Shown: positions 10,110 through 23,140 of the stretch, in pieces
How the letters are laid out: each line of letters opens with the position of its first letter
Position numbering within the stretch: the stretch's first letter is position 1
Assembly: GCA_963924565.1 (NCBI GenBank)
Contig: OZ004608.1
Span: 37,014,001 to 37,078,000, forward strand
Origin: Ascidiella aspersa
Lineage: Eukaryota
Direction: 5' to 3'
Length of the DNA stretch: 64,000 nucleotides
The notes under the pieces: model-generated
What the model was told of the DNA's origin: nothing
The model's input: only the letters and a program-made list of their open reading frames with translations
Databases searched by the model: none
Program-made: the position numbers and the translations under genes

Positions 10110-13100
10110 TAAAAGAACCGTTCCACTAAGTAGCCACGAAGATCTTTACAAAGGTCGGTAACAGTTGATAAAGTTTTTTTCCAATACTGCTTTAGTAATC
10201 TTTATGTGGATTCCCATCAAGAACAATGAAGCGCCTACTTTCACTGCCTGGTAAAAATATTCCTTACTTGTGTGGCTCCAATTTGAAAGACATCGCGAAA
10301 TCGCTGATATTTCTTTCAAACTCCTTGTGGCACTAAATTGTTTTTCATCATTTTCCTAAAACTAGCAATTTAAGAAATGTTCCTACCTCACTACTTTAGC
10401 AACGTTTTCTTCATCTGATAATAGGCCCATATTATTCTCGAGGCGTTTCCAGTTTTCCACTATTGTTTCATTCAAATCGGAAATGGCAATTCCTGGTCTA
10501 GCTAGTCACTCCGTCGGGAACAGCTTGATATATTTAAAAATATATGCGTCTGTCGTCTCTTGTATTGCTACCGTTGCTGTGCCGTAAGGTTTCAGAAAAT
10601 CATTTGGAAAGTGACGAAACTTTTGAATTCCGGTTTGTTTTTTTGGTGAAGAAGTCCTGTATTACAAAATTTTATCAATAAATATTCCTATTAAATGATA
10701 AATCATTAATTTATTCACTTGGTCTATCATTTTCAATTGTACTTCTTCACTGTTTAGTTAAACGTGCTACATTGGCTTGGCGTAGAACAGGTTTATTTTC
10801 ATTTTTCAATTCTACTTCTTCACTGTCCAGGTTTAGCATCTGTAGAGTTGCTTAAAGTTGCTCATGTTCTGTGTCAAGTTTGTTCCGAATAGTTAAATAA
10901 TATGCGAGTTGTAGTTGCTTCTGATATCCCAGTAGTTCCAAGTCTCGCTACACTGGCAAGTTAAGCCCGGTCGTTTCTGTTTAAAGCAGCTATCATTCAT
11001 CGTTTTAGCCGAAAAAACCCTTATAAAATGTAATCTATTTTCATAGATATCTGTTCCAATAGTTTTGTTTTGAAAAGAGAACATTTAAGCTGTTGTTTGT
11101 ATTCTTTATTAATATGTACAGGGCTGGGTTGAATTGCTTTACTAAATCTTTCTTCATACCATATTTTGCATTTTATCTTTTCTGCTTTCATAAGTAACAA
11201 GATTTTTGTTACACCGGTATTGCAGCCTTAATTTTTTGCCTGGTTTACACTAAGTTTTGACATGCAGGAACTCCTACAACCACACAATTTGGATGATACC
11301 ACTATTCACAAGAGCAGCATTCCACACTAAAGTCTTTATTATATCTAACGGCCAAACACAGTTACAAAATACCGGGATTGCTAGTTGCATTCTGTTACGC
11401 TTAGTATTATTTTTGTTTCGTTCCACGTCACTTTCTTGGTTGCTACCATGCCGCGTAATCTTTTTTCAACAAAGCTAACTTTCTTCGGCCGAATTCCCAG
11501 ACAAATAGCTGTGGCGAATGCGATCGCAAATGGGCCACAGTTCCCAGACTCGGTCCGTGTTTGAACCTTTGGAAAAATGACCTCGATTATTTTGTTCTTA
11601 CCCGAAATTAGTCAGTTATCTTTATCAGAATACGCACGTGATAAAGCACTATCATAAATGAGGAATTTTGTTCGTTCATTGAAAACCTGTTGGACGCTGT
11701 TACCCAATAAATGCTGTGCCCCTGGATAATTTGTACAAATGTACCTTTTGGTGTATGTACTGGAGAATTATACGAGGAAAACGCTGAAAACCAGATGCTG
11801 CGTAAATTGTTTAAGACAATAATACGCACATTGCCGCGTCCATATGTAAGTCAGACAACCATTTTCCTTTGTGTTATTTCTGCAAAATCTGTAACTCTTG
11901 CTAGCTCTTTTTATCCAGGATTACCTGCGTGCGATTATCTTTGGTAAACGTTTGTTCCGGCCTCTTGAATTTTAACATACGATTCTGAATATTGTTTCTA
12001 AAATAAGTTTTTGTCGTGCCTTCCAAGATCCCCAATCATTATACCTGACCATAGCGCAATATTTGGCAGCGTTAATTTTTGATATTTTGCTGCCATCGCG
12101 GTTCCAATGTGGAGGGTTGATGCCACAACAGAACACCTGTAGTAACAAAATGCACAGATAAAGTACGAATATAGATTTCTGAATATTGTTTGTAGAAAAT
12201 GTATTTGCCGTGCCTTCCAAGCTCGCCAATCATTCCAAGCTCGCACAATAAAAAAAATCTTGGTAATAAACCAATATAATTAGGATTGTTTTACCTCAGC
12301 ATTGGAATATGTTTTTTTGGTCATGTCAAAAGGTGACCAATCTGGAGGTTAATTTCTGTAGCAAGACGTTCGCGGTGGTTCTTCAATTGCCTTTGGTTAT
12401 TTAGAACGTCGTTCGTTCCCAGAGCCAGAACAATCACTTTGACTTACGGAAGAGGTTGGTGGTCTTTAAGCTCCAGCAATCCATGTTTGATTGTGCCGCC
12501 TGGTATGCTGACGGCAGCAAAGTCGAGTGTAAAATTGTGGGAGGGCTTGATTACCGAAGGACAAACAAGATCCTTTCCATTGCTGTCCGAAACAAAGAGT
12601 ACACATCCAGCCTTCTGGTATGAACCACTTGACTTGTTTGTTTGACATGCCCATGGGATATCTTACGCAAGACATTCTGGACCCACATGGCCTAGCTCCA
12701 AGCTAAAAAATCAAACAAATAATCAATTTAGCTATTTAAAAACAAAACGATTATAAATAAATTAAACAAATAAACCAGCTCTTTACCTTGGTAATACGGC
12801 GATTCATACTTCCCTAGTGAATTTTTAATATGTTCAAGCAAGATTAATGCAGATTTGTTCGACAAGATCAAGTTGCTCACGACAATATATCTCAAAGAGG
12901 ATGGAATGAATCTTGGTTTACTGAAGAAGCCTATTACCACCACGGTAACTCCGTCTAGTATCCTCCTGTTAGACAGCTTGATGGTGCCATGATGGGTGGT
13001 ACCACCTGGAATACTTCGACAACAAATATCAAATTGGAATTTTGATGACGACTTAACCAAGCCGGGATTAACCAAGTTTCTGGTGTTGCCGTCGTGTAAG

Positions 13101-15740
13101 CAAAGCGCCGAAACTAGCCAGCAAGTTTGTGAGTTGTTTCTTTTCTTAAAACCTTTTTCTAAATGTGTGATTTGACTTATCAATCGGGTAAAGCACTTCA
13201 ATACCAAATTCGCCACGGTTACTGAAACAATTGATCCCATTGCTGTTCCAAATATCTGTTTGTAATGTGGTTATGTGGAATCTAGACAAAGTCTAACCTT
13301 TAGTCATTATTTAGCTACTTGTATGGCTAGGTTAGCAGGGCAAGGAGACAACTTCAAACAACACCATGCTTTCATCTTGTATTTAAAGACTAGTAGTTTC
13401 TTCAACAAAATTATATGTGTGGGATCCGAACGAATAAAGCAATAGGCCTAGGCAGGTTTTAAGGTTTATGTATTTTTGGTAACACGTAGAGTGCTGGTGA
13501 TTTAGCATTGTTTGTTTACCTTCTCTTCTTTCTTCAACCATGTCATGTACTTGTTAACAACCTTCACTTTATACCTTTGTCTGCCTGTTGAATTATGAAT
13601 CCTCTGTTTTTTTTAAGCTAGGTTCTTTTTTCAACTGGTTGAGGGCTGGTTTCTATTTGTTTTATGGGATTTTATACCTGCTATAAATTTACCTCCTACT
13701 AGTTTAGCTTTACCCGGGATTTTACTAGTTTAGCTTTTGCTAGAATGTCCCCGCACATTGCTGCTTCTTTAAATATTACCTGTTCTGGTTTGATGTCGGA
13801 TAGCAGTGCATACTGCTATCACAAAAGGACCATGATAGGAGCCCTTTGTTTGCATACCTTGGGTATTTAAAATAACAACTGAAATATATACATAATGCTT
13901 TGTAACCCTAAAATTTTGAAGAAATTGTGCCGCCATAATATGCATTACTGAATCAATATGCCTGTTGCTTAGCCATATGTCTTGACAATATTCTGTATAA
14001 TCATTTTGATCCATGTTACAACTGAGTTGATATTTTACACCCACAACAACGGCGTGCCCAGCGACCAACAGGTAAGTTTGAATCTTGAGTTTTCAATCTT
14101 ATTCAGACTCCGTGTTCAGTAATGATTTTCTATTCCTGGTATTCTTTTGTTACAAGTTCCATATATTTTTCGTTTCCGATTTTTTAATGTCTGTTTTGAA
14201 TGCTGTTGGAATGTGGACAATTTTCGAAAGTTTTTTTTTCGTTTTTCCATCTGGCCTTCCACGTGTTTAGCTCTGTCCATATTGGTATTTTGCACAAGTT
14301 TTCCAGCTCTGTGTGTACAAGAGTGTTTGTCATGGTCCGATCTGAGGTTTTATTACCGTTAGAAGAAAAATAGTTTGAGCTTTTGTTTTCTGTTTTCATT
14401 GTGAACCTCATGGTTGGTTCCAAACTGTTCTAAATTTAAGGTATGGGGAATCTAGACATTGAACCCTACTAATATCGTTAATCATAAAACAGATTTTGAT
14501 TAACTCATCTTTTTTATTCATTGTGTAACGACATTTGTCAATCCTGAAGGATTCAATAAACCATCTTTTGTAATAGTGCAGTTCCCAGTGAAGTATTTTA
14601 CAATTATCCCCTTGCACCACAGGAAATAAACATCCCTTTGGCGTTTTTCTGGTTTGACTGGGTCTAATTTTTCTGGCCGGTTCGAAAGCTGTAGAAATGT
14701 TGTTGCTTTTCAAAATATGTTTTAGTTTTTTCTCCCAGACCTGGAATAAGTAATAATGTCCAGACCGTTCGGTTCTATTTTAGCTGTTGTATGTTTAGTT
14801 TCGTTTTACAGTTTAACGGTATGTATCCGTTTTATCTCATGAACTTTTTAACACGTTTGATTTACTTTCTTTTTTTTGCTTGCTTCGTCCTTATGGCTAG
14901 TTCAAAATTTTGAATCTTGATGGTGTAGCAGGGTGTTCACAACGGAGCATTAGTGCTGAAAAGGGTGGTCCGGTCTAAAATTCAAATTGCGATCTGAATG
15001 CGTTACTTTTTTAAAAACCTTGAAAGATAGCCTTTGTTTTTTAAAAGATAACCTTTGTTTTCTTTTCCATTGTAAACTTTATGGTTACATGTCACCAATG
15101 GATCTTATGTGGAATCTAGACAAATTGTAACCCTTAATTCATTATTTGGCTACTTGTATAGCTAGGTTAGCAGGGCAAGGAGACAACATCAAACAACACC
15201 ATGCTTTCATCTTGTATTTGAAGACAAGTAGTTTATTCAACAAAATTATATGTGGAGGATCCAAATGAATAAAACAATAGGCCTAGGCAGGAATTCAGGT
15301 TTATGTATTTTTGGTAACCCGTAGAGTGCTGGTGATATAGCATCGGTTGTGCACCAGCTCTTACCTTGGTGGTAATACGGCCCAATGAGTTCATACTTCC
15401 CGTAGTGAATTCAAAAATTCAAATGTTCAAGCAAGATTAATGCAGATTTGTTCGACAAGAATAAGTTGCTACAATGTATCTCAAAGAGTGGAATTAGTCT
15501 TGGTTTACTGAGGAAGCCTATTACCACCACAGTAACTTCGTCTAGTATCCTCCTGTTAGACAGCTCGATGGTGCCATGATGGGTGGTACCACCTGGAATA
15601 CTGCGACAACAAAAATTAAATTGGAAGTTTGATGACGACTTAACCAAGCCGGGATTAACCAAGTTTCTGGTGTTGCCGTCTGAAACAAACAGTATACGCC
15701 TGCGAAAGCTAAGCGCCGGTACTAGCCAGCAAGCTTGTTT
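10110..15740. repeat. Copy 2 of the duplicated block
   Basis: Starts TAAAAGAACCGTTCCAC as at position 1. ORF track entries at 800/10893, 1585/11608, 1943/11972, 5864/13769 and 6296/14184 are near-identical pairs. Confidence 0.95.
15480..15700 (-). pseudogene. SGNH-like domain 2, paralogue of domain 1 (others at ~2870-3060, ~4990-5180 and ~12915-13095)
   Basis: ILFVSDGNTRNL...CRSIPGGTTHHGTIEL...VTVVVIG aligns by eye with VLFVSDSSGRDL...VSIPGGTIKHGLLEL...VEVVVLA. Confidence 0.65.
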
Positions 15741-15984
15741 TCCGCAGGTTTCCCGCGCGTAACGAGTAACCGTTGGTCGGCGCCCCCTAACTAATATTTA
15801 TAATTTCTTTTTCTAAGTTAAAATGGTTGTTTTTTGATAAAAGCCCTCCCAACGTAAAACAAAAACTAAATGACGACAATTGTTCCTTAGTTAGTTTTGT
15901 TTGCATACTAAAGGTAAACTCTACCCTTAACAGACTTCACAACAATGTAGCTACAGCAATGTGCATTTTAACCAAAATTGATTT

Positions 15985-16450
15985 ATTCTTCTCGATTTTT
16001 TTGATATGAACTCCTGTATAATATCATCCACGTATAGTTATAGTATTATCCCATTGTATGTTCATTAGCGTTAAGCCGATCAAGCTTTTCGCCGCAGGTT
16101 GCTCTATTGAACGTTTTTATTAGTCTGAATCTCGAAAATGAGCGCTCGGGCATCGCAGTTGTTACAGGCGGAGTCATTACAATCGGTAATAAACAAATTC
16201 ATTTAGCAAATTCATATAGACGAAACATAAAAAAAAACAATAAATTACTTACTGACTCAGTTTTCGCAAGTTTGGAAAAACATTCTCGAATGTTGTTGGT
16301 TCCATCTCTCAACTCATTCACGGTTGCGAGGTAATCCCGTATCTTGCATACAGACGCAACAACTCTCCGAACTGTGCGGTTAAGTCATCTTTGCATGAAG
16401 CTCGTAATTCACCTAATACACATAGAACTTGGTATAATCTGAAATTATTT
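15985..16450 (-). mobile_element. hAT transposase C-terminal dimerisation domain remnant
   Basis: LLPIVMTPPVTTAMPERSFSRFRLIKTFNRATC..RLN..MNI..YVDDIIQEF matches the 'PxTTASxERSFSxLxxIKTxxRSTM..RL' motif. Confidence 0.8.
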
Positions 16451-17278
16451 TAGTACGGAATTATATTATGATTGCTGTTCAACTTAAGCAAAAAAAAACC
16501 CGGTAGGACTGGACTCGGTGTAGACGGAAAATATATGTTTGACCCAGTGTATGAATTATTTCACCTTCATTTACCTTGTAGTGTTTTTTTTATCCTAACT
16601 TTTGCGACAGTTGGTGCTTGCCATTTATAAAAACACGTTTTTCGTTTAAAAAAAGTGTAGCTTGCAAGAACCGAACATAAGCTTCCGTATAGTAGTAATC
16701 TTGCACTTGTGATCTATCGACGATGGCCCGATTCGTCTGTCATCTCTTGTACTGGTACCGTTGCTATGCCGTAAAGTTTCATAAAATCCTTTGGAAAGTG
16801 ACGGAAGAACAAATTCATTTCCTATCAATTTTTAGTTTTACTTCTTCGCTATCCAGGTTTAGCATCTGTAGAGTTGCTTAAAGTTGGCTCATGTTCCGTG
16901 TCAAGTTATTTTTTTCAATTAACTATATGCAGTCTTCCCAACACCCCAAACTAAAAATTTAGATTTGTACGAACCATCCACAATCAGATTAAAAACAACT
17001 TTGCCATAAGATTTAAAATTGTTGCCAATCGCGCATTTCACATTTCCTGCCTTAAAACGACGAAACTCGGTTATCATGGATTTGGGAATTAAACTGAAAA
17101 CTGTCCCTGAATCAACGAGGAAAGATAATTGATTGGATCAGTCAAATACGGTGAACGTGTCGTTGTTAATATTGGTTTTAATTTCTCTTAAACGCTTTAC
17201 CGCCGCGAAGGACCTAGCGAGTTTTTTCGACAATTAACTCGGTTCAAGTTTGTAGAGCTCTTCTGGTAAATGTAATTT

Positions 17279-17330
17279 TTATTCCGACGTTTCGACGTCC
17301 TATACAGGTCTTCTTCATCAGGGTAAATAA
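17279..17330 (-). ncRNA. Minimal type I hammerhead ribozyme (pLTR), inverted twin
   Basis: Reverse complement of the above with one stem II substitution (agaag vs agacg). Confidence 0.88.
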
Positions 17331-17561
17331 CACTGAATGCGACTAGATACAGTGCACGATAAACAAAGGAAAAAAAGAATGGAACGCAAGCACGTTGCAA
17401 CGCAACGAAAACAACACGCGATAACGAATGATTGGGCCTCTAATCTTTAAGCAGGTGCCTGTAGCACGCTGAAAGCATCACGTCTGTTTTGATGTTAATT
17501 GTGCTGCCCCGTTGATGAATATTCCATGACTCAAGAAATAGTCTATTAGTCGCATTCAGTG

Positions 17562-17613
17562 TTATTTACCCTGATGAAGACGACCTGTATAGGACGTCGA
17601 AACGTCGGAATAA
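17562..17613 (+). ncRNA. Minimal type I hammerhead ribozyme (pLTR)
   Basis: ttatttacc-CTGATGA-agacgacctgtataggacgtc-GAAA-c-GTC-ggaataa. Intact core, stem II GACG/CGTC plus CCT/AGG, palindromic ACGT stem III, GUC cleavage triplet. Confidence 0.9.
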
Positions 17614-20600
17614 AAATTACATTTGCCAGAAGAGCTCTACAAACTTTATATTATGCCTGGCAGCAATAGCTTATATAAGTAACTCGGTTGTTGGAAACGA
17701 GTTGAACTTGCGCCATATGTTTGAGAATCAAGCGCCTAGTCGGGTGATTGTGATCCAAAGATCTTTTATTTCGATTTCGAAAAGGCGCTCGAGAATGCCA
17801 AGGTTTCTGTTGATTGTTTGGCGGCGAAAAAGAGTTGCCTCTTCGATATGAATTAGGATAGTAATACGAGCGGTTGTTATAACCTTCTCGCCTTTGGTTA
17901 GATAAATCGGTTTGTTGTTTTTCATTAAATTGAGGTGTGAAATGTGCGTCAGGCACCCAAGTTTCAGCTATACAAGTCTTCAGCTATCTTGCTTAATTGA
18001 AACTGAAAATTGTTTTATTAAGGTTTGCTAATTCACCAAACCTGATGTGTCAGTTTTTGTTTGAGTTAGTGCTGGGTTAACAGTGGGGGGCATAGGTAAA
18101 CCAGTCGAAATTCCGATCATCATGATTTTTTCAGCTTTATCTGCTAAAGCGTTAAACTCGCAGATATTTCAACTCTCCTGAACTTGCAAATTGTTACATT
18201 TATCAGCATATTTGCAAAAACACACGCTTACCGCAAGTAACTACCATTTCCTCGCCCCGCTGGTCGATGGAGCAGGGCTAAATGCACACAAAAATACGGT
18301 AGTTTTTCGCCCAGAACTAGAAATAAGTTATAACAGCCACCTTCTATTCGTTCTGCTTTAGCTGTTATAGGTTATTTTGGTTTTGTGGAACAACCAGTTA
18401 TCGCGTTTGATTTCGTTAGCTTCGTTCGTGTTATTATTTTTCTCTGAATTTAAGGTATGTGGAATTTTGACATTAAACATAGTCCCGTTTTCTAGTGTAG
18501 TGTCTTGCTTAAGACTCTCCACATGGCTTATTTTATACCTATGCTAGAAGACCTTTGTTAAACAAGGATACAACGTCAGATGCATATTGTTTTAAAACTT
18601 TGTTGCTATTTTTAACCATATCCTAGGATTTCTTAAAGAATACTATTTTTACTTAATTATTTTGATTGCAACACCTTTTTCAACCGTCTGTTCAATATAT
18701 GCCTCACTTATGTCGCTCCAATTTAAAAGACATCGCGAAAGTTCTTTCAAAGCGATTGTAGCAATAAATTGCTTTCAGACCGTTTACATATCTTCTCTAG
18801 TTTTGTCCCGATTTTCTGTGATTCGTACAAGCATTCTCTCGTAAATGGGTTGTTTGATCCCGTTGAAATGTAAGAACCCATTGAAATGAACCATAGTGTT
18901 GCCGAGGTGGAAATTAGTAGATTTTCAATTATAACCTTGTTCACAAAATGAAAACATCGCTTTATAAAAGTTCAAGAAGGATGTATGTGTAACAAGCTCT
19001 TCGTTGTGACGATTGAACGGACTGATGTCAACTGTTAATTAATTTTGGTAATCTTTTTGCATTACATGTTTCACAAAACAAAACCTAATACTATAGGGAG
19101 GAGAATTCGCTAATAGCTCTGTTTCTGCTCTAAAATTCTCGTCGATTATTTGTAAAAGTCCTGTTGGAACAAGTGAATTAAAATCTGGTTTAAAAGAAAA
19201 TCGGGTCGTTTGCCAATGGTGCGCGCTTAAAACCAACCACCAAAACATTATTATGAACATATGGAAGAAAGCGAGTTTTTGGAATATCACCTAACACTGA
19301 GATAACTGTCTCAACTTTAATACTTAACTAGACCACGCATTAAGTATTTGTGGGCAGCTTCTAAATATGAAGAGATGTTCTTGTTTAAAGTTAAAGATCT
19401 AGAAAGCGACGATATTTCCGCCACTTCTGCCGTCGTTTACTTAAAATTAAGAACAATAAAGCACCTATTTCCACCGTCTGGTCAATATATGCCCCACTTA
19501 TGTCGCTCCAATTTGAAAGACATCGCGAAATCGCTGATAGTTCTTTCAAAGCCCCTTCAGCACTGAATTGCTTTCAATCATTTTACTGAATTGATTGATG
19601 TGCTTGATTAGCGAAATGTTCCTACCTCAGCAACGTTTTGTTAGTCCAATAATGTGCCACATTATTCTCAAGGCGTTTCCAATTTTCCACTATTGTTTCA
19701 TTCAATTCGGATATGGCAATTTCTGGTCTAGCTAGCCACTTGGCCTTGAACGGCTGTTACCGTTGCCAATTGCAGTTTGTTTTTCTGGTGAAGAAGTCAT
19801 TTTTTACACAATTTTATCAATAAATATTGCTTATTAAAAATCAAATCATTACTTTATCGATTTGGCGTAAAACAATTTCATTTTTATCTTTTTTCAATTG
19901 TACTTCTTCACTGCCCAGGTTTAGCATCTGTAGAGGCTTCAGGTTGCACATATTCAGTGTCAAGTTTCTTCAGAATAGTTAAATACTTAACCAAAAGACA
20001 TTTTTATTTTAAACAGTACTAAAATTAATAGGATGTAAATAATCATATGAAAATCAAGCTGTTGCGTGTATTCCGTATTTGTTCGTTTCTTCTGTCAACA
20101 ATATAACATCACACAGAGCGTTTTATTTCTATCCCTATTTCATTTTTGCATTTCTTAGAATAGCGTTATTTTTGCTCTTTGTAATTCCTCTCAAATCCAC
20201 GAAAGTCCGCATTAAATTGCTTTTCTAGGTCACTTAGTATGTCAAGGTCTTCGAAATCACTGATTTCTTGTCATTACAATGACATGAAGCCGTGCACCAG
20301 TAGATCTCTGCTTTATCCAACTCATTCAAGGCAAAATATATCTAAATCGATTGTATGGCTGTTTCGGATAATCATTTAATTGTTGATGGAAGGAAAAGAC
20401 TGACAGTGTTTTAACAATGAATATGTTCGGGGCTAACAATGAATGATTAAAAACTAGTTAAATCAGTTGTAATTTCGCAAAAATATTGCCTGTTAATTAA
20501 GCGATTATGTATTATTAGTTAATTACCTTGGCGGTTACTTATCATCAGGGGACTAAAGCAAAATCTTTTCATAAATTAGGAGACTCATTTTCATTGTCGG

Positions 20601-21796
20601 TTAATTAGATGTTTTGACAACTCCTATAGGTAGCCAAAACACTTATTCTTGGAGTTACTTCTTTTCTAAAACATTTTTCTAAATGTGTGATTTGACTTAT
20701 CTATCGGGTAGTACTTTGTCCCAATATGGTCTTAATATTTTAGTGACGAACATTGCAGCTGAACAAAAAAAAAGATTTCCTATTGTACGGCTCAATTATC
20801 CGTAAGGGTTTTTATTGTAATGCCATTCTGATCTCTTGTCCTTTTTTCCCTCTAATTTTAATCTGGTGTTGTACTCTAAATAGCTTGGGTTGGTATTCGC
20901 CCTTTTTCTTTCAAAGTTTCATTTCACCATTTTGAGTGGCCAATCATGTTCGGACTCCTTAGTAACGATTTCCAATTTCTTTTTTTCCTGATTTTCCGAA
21001 GTCTTGCAAGTTTTCAATACACGTTTGCTTACTAAAGTATCAAACTCGTATCATCACACTGATCCTGGTTTCTTAAATGTCCTATGATTTTCATAACGCC
21101 GTTAATAATTTAGTTATATCGTAGCTTTGTAGGTTTACCGTTACTTATTACAGTTTTTTACCGTCCAAATACATGCGAAAGGCGTAAAACGGTATGCGGC
21201 CAGCGACACAAAGTTAGCTCATTGCCAGATCACTGATAGTTCTATCAAAGCCCTTGTAGCACTAAATTGTTTCATCATTTTTCCTAAAATTGTTCCAAGA
21301 AATGTTCCTACTTTAACGTTTTCTTCAGCTGATAATAGGTCCATATTGTTAAGGCGTTTCCAATATTCTATTTGTTTCATTCAATTCGGATATGGCAATT
21401 CCTGGTCTAGCAAGCCACTCCGTCGTGGACAGCTTGATGTGTTTAAAAATATATGCGTCTGTCATCTCTTGTACTGCTACCGTTGCTATAATCTTAAGGT
21501 TTTATAAAATCCTTTGGAAAGTGACGAAAGTATTGAATTGTGGTTTGCTTTTCTGGTGAAGCAGTCCTGTTTACAAAATGTTATCAAATTTGTTCAGAAT
21601 AGTTAAATACTTATCCTTAGCGAGTTGTATTTCTTCCGATTTCTGTTTAGTTTCACTTCTCGTTGCACTGACAAGTTCAGCCCGGACGTTTCTGGTTAGA
21701 GCAGCTATCATTCTTCGTACCGAGGTTGATCATAACGCTCTTTGCAACGTCAATATCGTGAGAAACGTTTTCCAAACAGTGACGAATTAAAAAATG

Positions 21797-22100
21797 TTAA
21801 TCTAGATGACCGATCTGGAGGTTAATTTCTGTAGGAAGACGTTCGAGGTCGTTCTTCAATTGACTTAGGTTATTTAGAACGTCGTTTGTGCCAAGGGCCA
21901 GGACAACCACCTCGACACACAGAAGAGGTTGGTGGTCTTTAAGCTCCAGCAATCCATGTTTGATTGTGCCTCCTGGTATGCTGACGCCAGCAAAGTCGAG
22001 TGTAAAATTGTGGGAGGGCTTGATTACCGAAGGACAAACAAGATCCCTTCCACTGCTATCCGAAACAAAGAGTACACACATCCAGACTTCTGGGCTGGTC
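21797..22100 (-). pseudogene. SGNH/GDSL esterase-like domain 1 (best copy; others at ~2330-2580, ~4600-4710 and ~12350-12610)
   Basis: VLFVSDSSGRDL (block I, G/SDS), SIPGGT (block II Gly), VVVLALGTNDV (block III GxND). Confidence 0.8.
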
Positions 22101-22867
22101 TGGTGGTATGACCCAGTTTGTTTGAGATGCCCGTGGGATATCTTGCGCAAGACATTCTGGACCCACTTGGCCTTGCTCCTCCAAAGCTAAAATCAAATAA
22201 ATAATCAATTAAACTATTCAAATAACAAAACGATTTAAATAAATTATTTTTGAGAAATGTTACTACCTCAGCAACGTTTTCTTCATCCGGTAAATAGGTC
22301 CATATTATTCTAAAGGCGTTTCCAATTTTCCGATATTGTTTCATTCAATTCAGATATGGCAATTCCTGGTCTAGCTAGCCACTCCGTCGTGAACGGATTT
22401 TACCGTTTCTAATTCCGGTTTGTTTTTCTGGTGAAGAAGTCATTTTTTACAAAATTTTATCAACACATGTTGCATATTAAACGATTACTCCTTGATTTAT
22501 TGACTTGGCGTAAAACTTTTATTTTCTAACATTTTTCGATTGTACTTCTTCACTGTCCAGGTTTAACATTTGTAGAGTTGCTTCAAGTTGCTTGTGTTCA
22601 CTGTCAAGTCTGTTCATAATAATTAAATACTTATTCTTTCCAAGTTGTAGTTGCGTCTGATATCTATGTAGTTCCAAGTCTCGACAGGTTCAGCTCGGCC
22701 GTTTCTGTTTAAAGCAGCTATCATTCATTCTTCGTATCGACGATGAGCACAACGTTCTTGCGACGTCAAGATTTGACTAATGCTATAGATCTGAAAACAA
22801 ACGAATGTTACAACGGATAATAAAATTAGCAAAAACAAAGTGTTAATCGGTGTTCATAGACATCTTC

Positions 22868-23140
22868 TCAAAAATATTGTATGTATGCAACTGGTAATCT
22901 CAAAATCCATCCGTTTGGCGTCGAGTCACTGATTTGCGACGAGGGTCTTTTACAGACCGCACGTTTGTGTGTGGCTAAATGGTGATGCAATGTAAAGTGC
23001 AAGAGCCTGTCCGTGTTCGTCGGTTTACGGTACACCTGTGTTTTCATTCGATCTTTGGCCAAACGTCCTACCACATACCGGTTTAGCCAAACGTCCCACC
23101 AATACGTCGAGAAACGGTATGCAACCGTCGTTATCTGGCA
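22868..23140 (-). mobile_element. Penelope-like RT C-terminal fragment, internally deleted
   Basis: DNDGCIPFLDVLV and KTQVYRKPTNTDRLLHF..HH..HKRAV, joined to a terminal LPVAYIQYF*. Confidence 0.85.

Larger units (their letters stand above)
17245..17679 (-). mobile_element. 435-bp truncated Penelope-like insertion with inverted pLTRs and 10-bp TSD
   Basis: TSD TAACTCGGTT at 17235-17244 and 17680-17689; ~100-bp inverted repeats at 17246-17345 and 17547-17646; internal minus-strand RLFLESWNIHQRGSTINIKTDVMLSACYRHLLKD* resembles a GIY-YIG C-terminus. Confidence 0.9.
16930..18200 (-). mobile_element. Gypsy-type gag C-terminus and aspartic protease remnant, interrupted by a Penelope insertion
   Basis: Protease LSFLVDSGTVFSLIP (~17080-17135). 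N/R/P-rich gag tail ending YGASSTR.QQP..RKN, with an A-AAA-AAC slippery-like site at ~17221-17227. Confidence 0.7.

Noticed and set aside
18235-18265. PPT/LTR boundary for the 17-18 kb Gypsy remnant
   Set aside because: Resembles the PPT at 39.25 kb, but no second LTR copy or PBS could be found.
19039-19290. Signal-peptide or env-like ORF (MFIIMFWWLVLSA...)
   Set aside because: The paralogous copy at ~8.1-8.3 kb has stops in this frame and the true frame is uncertain.
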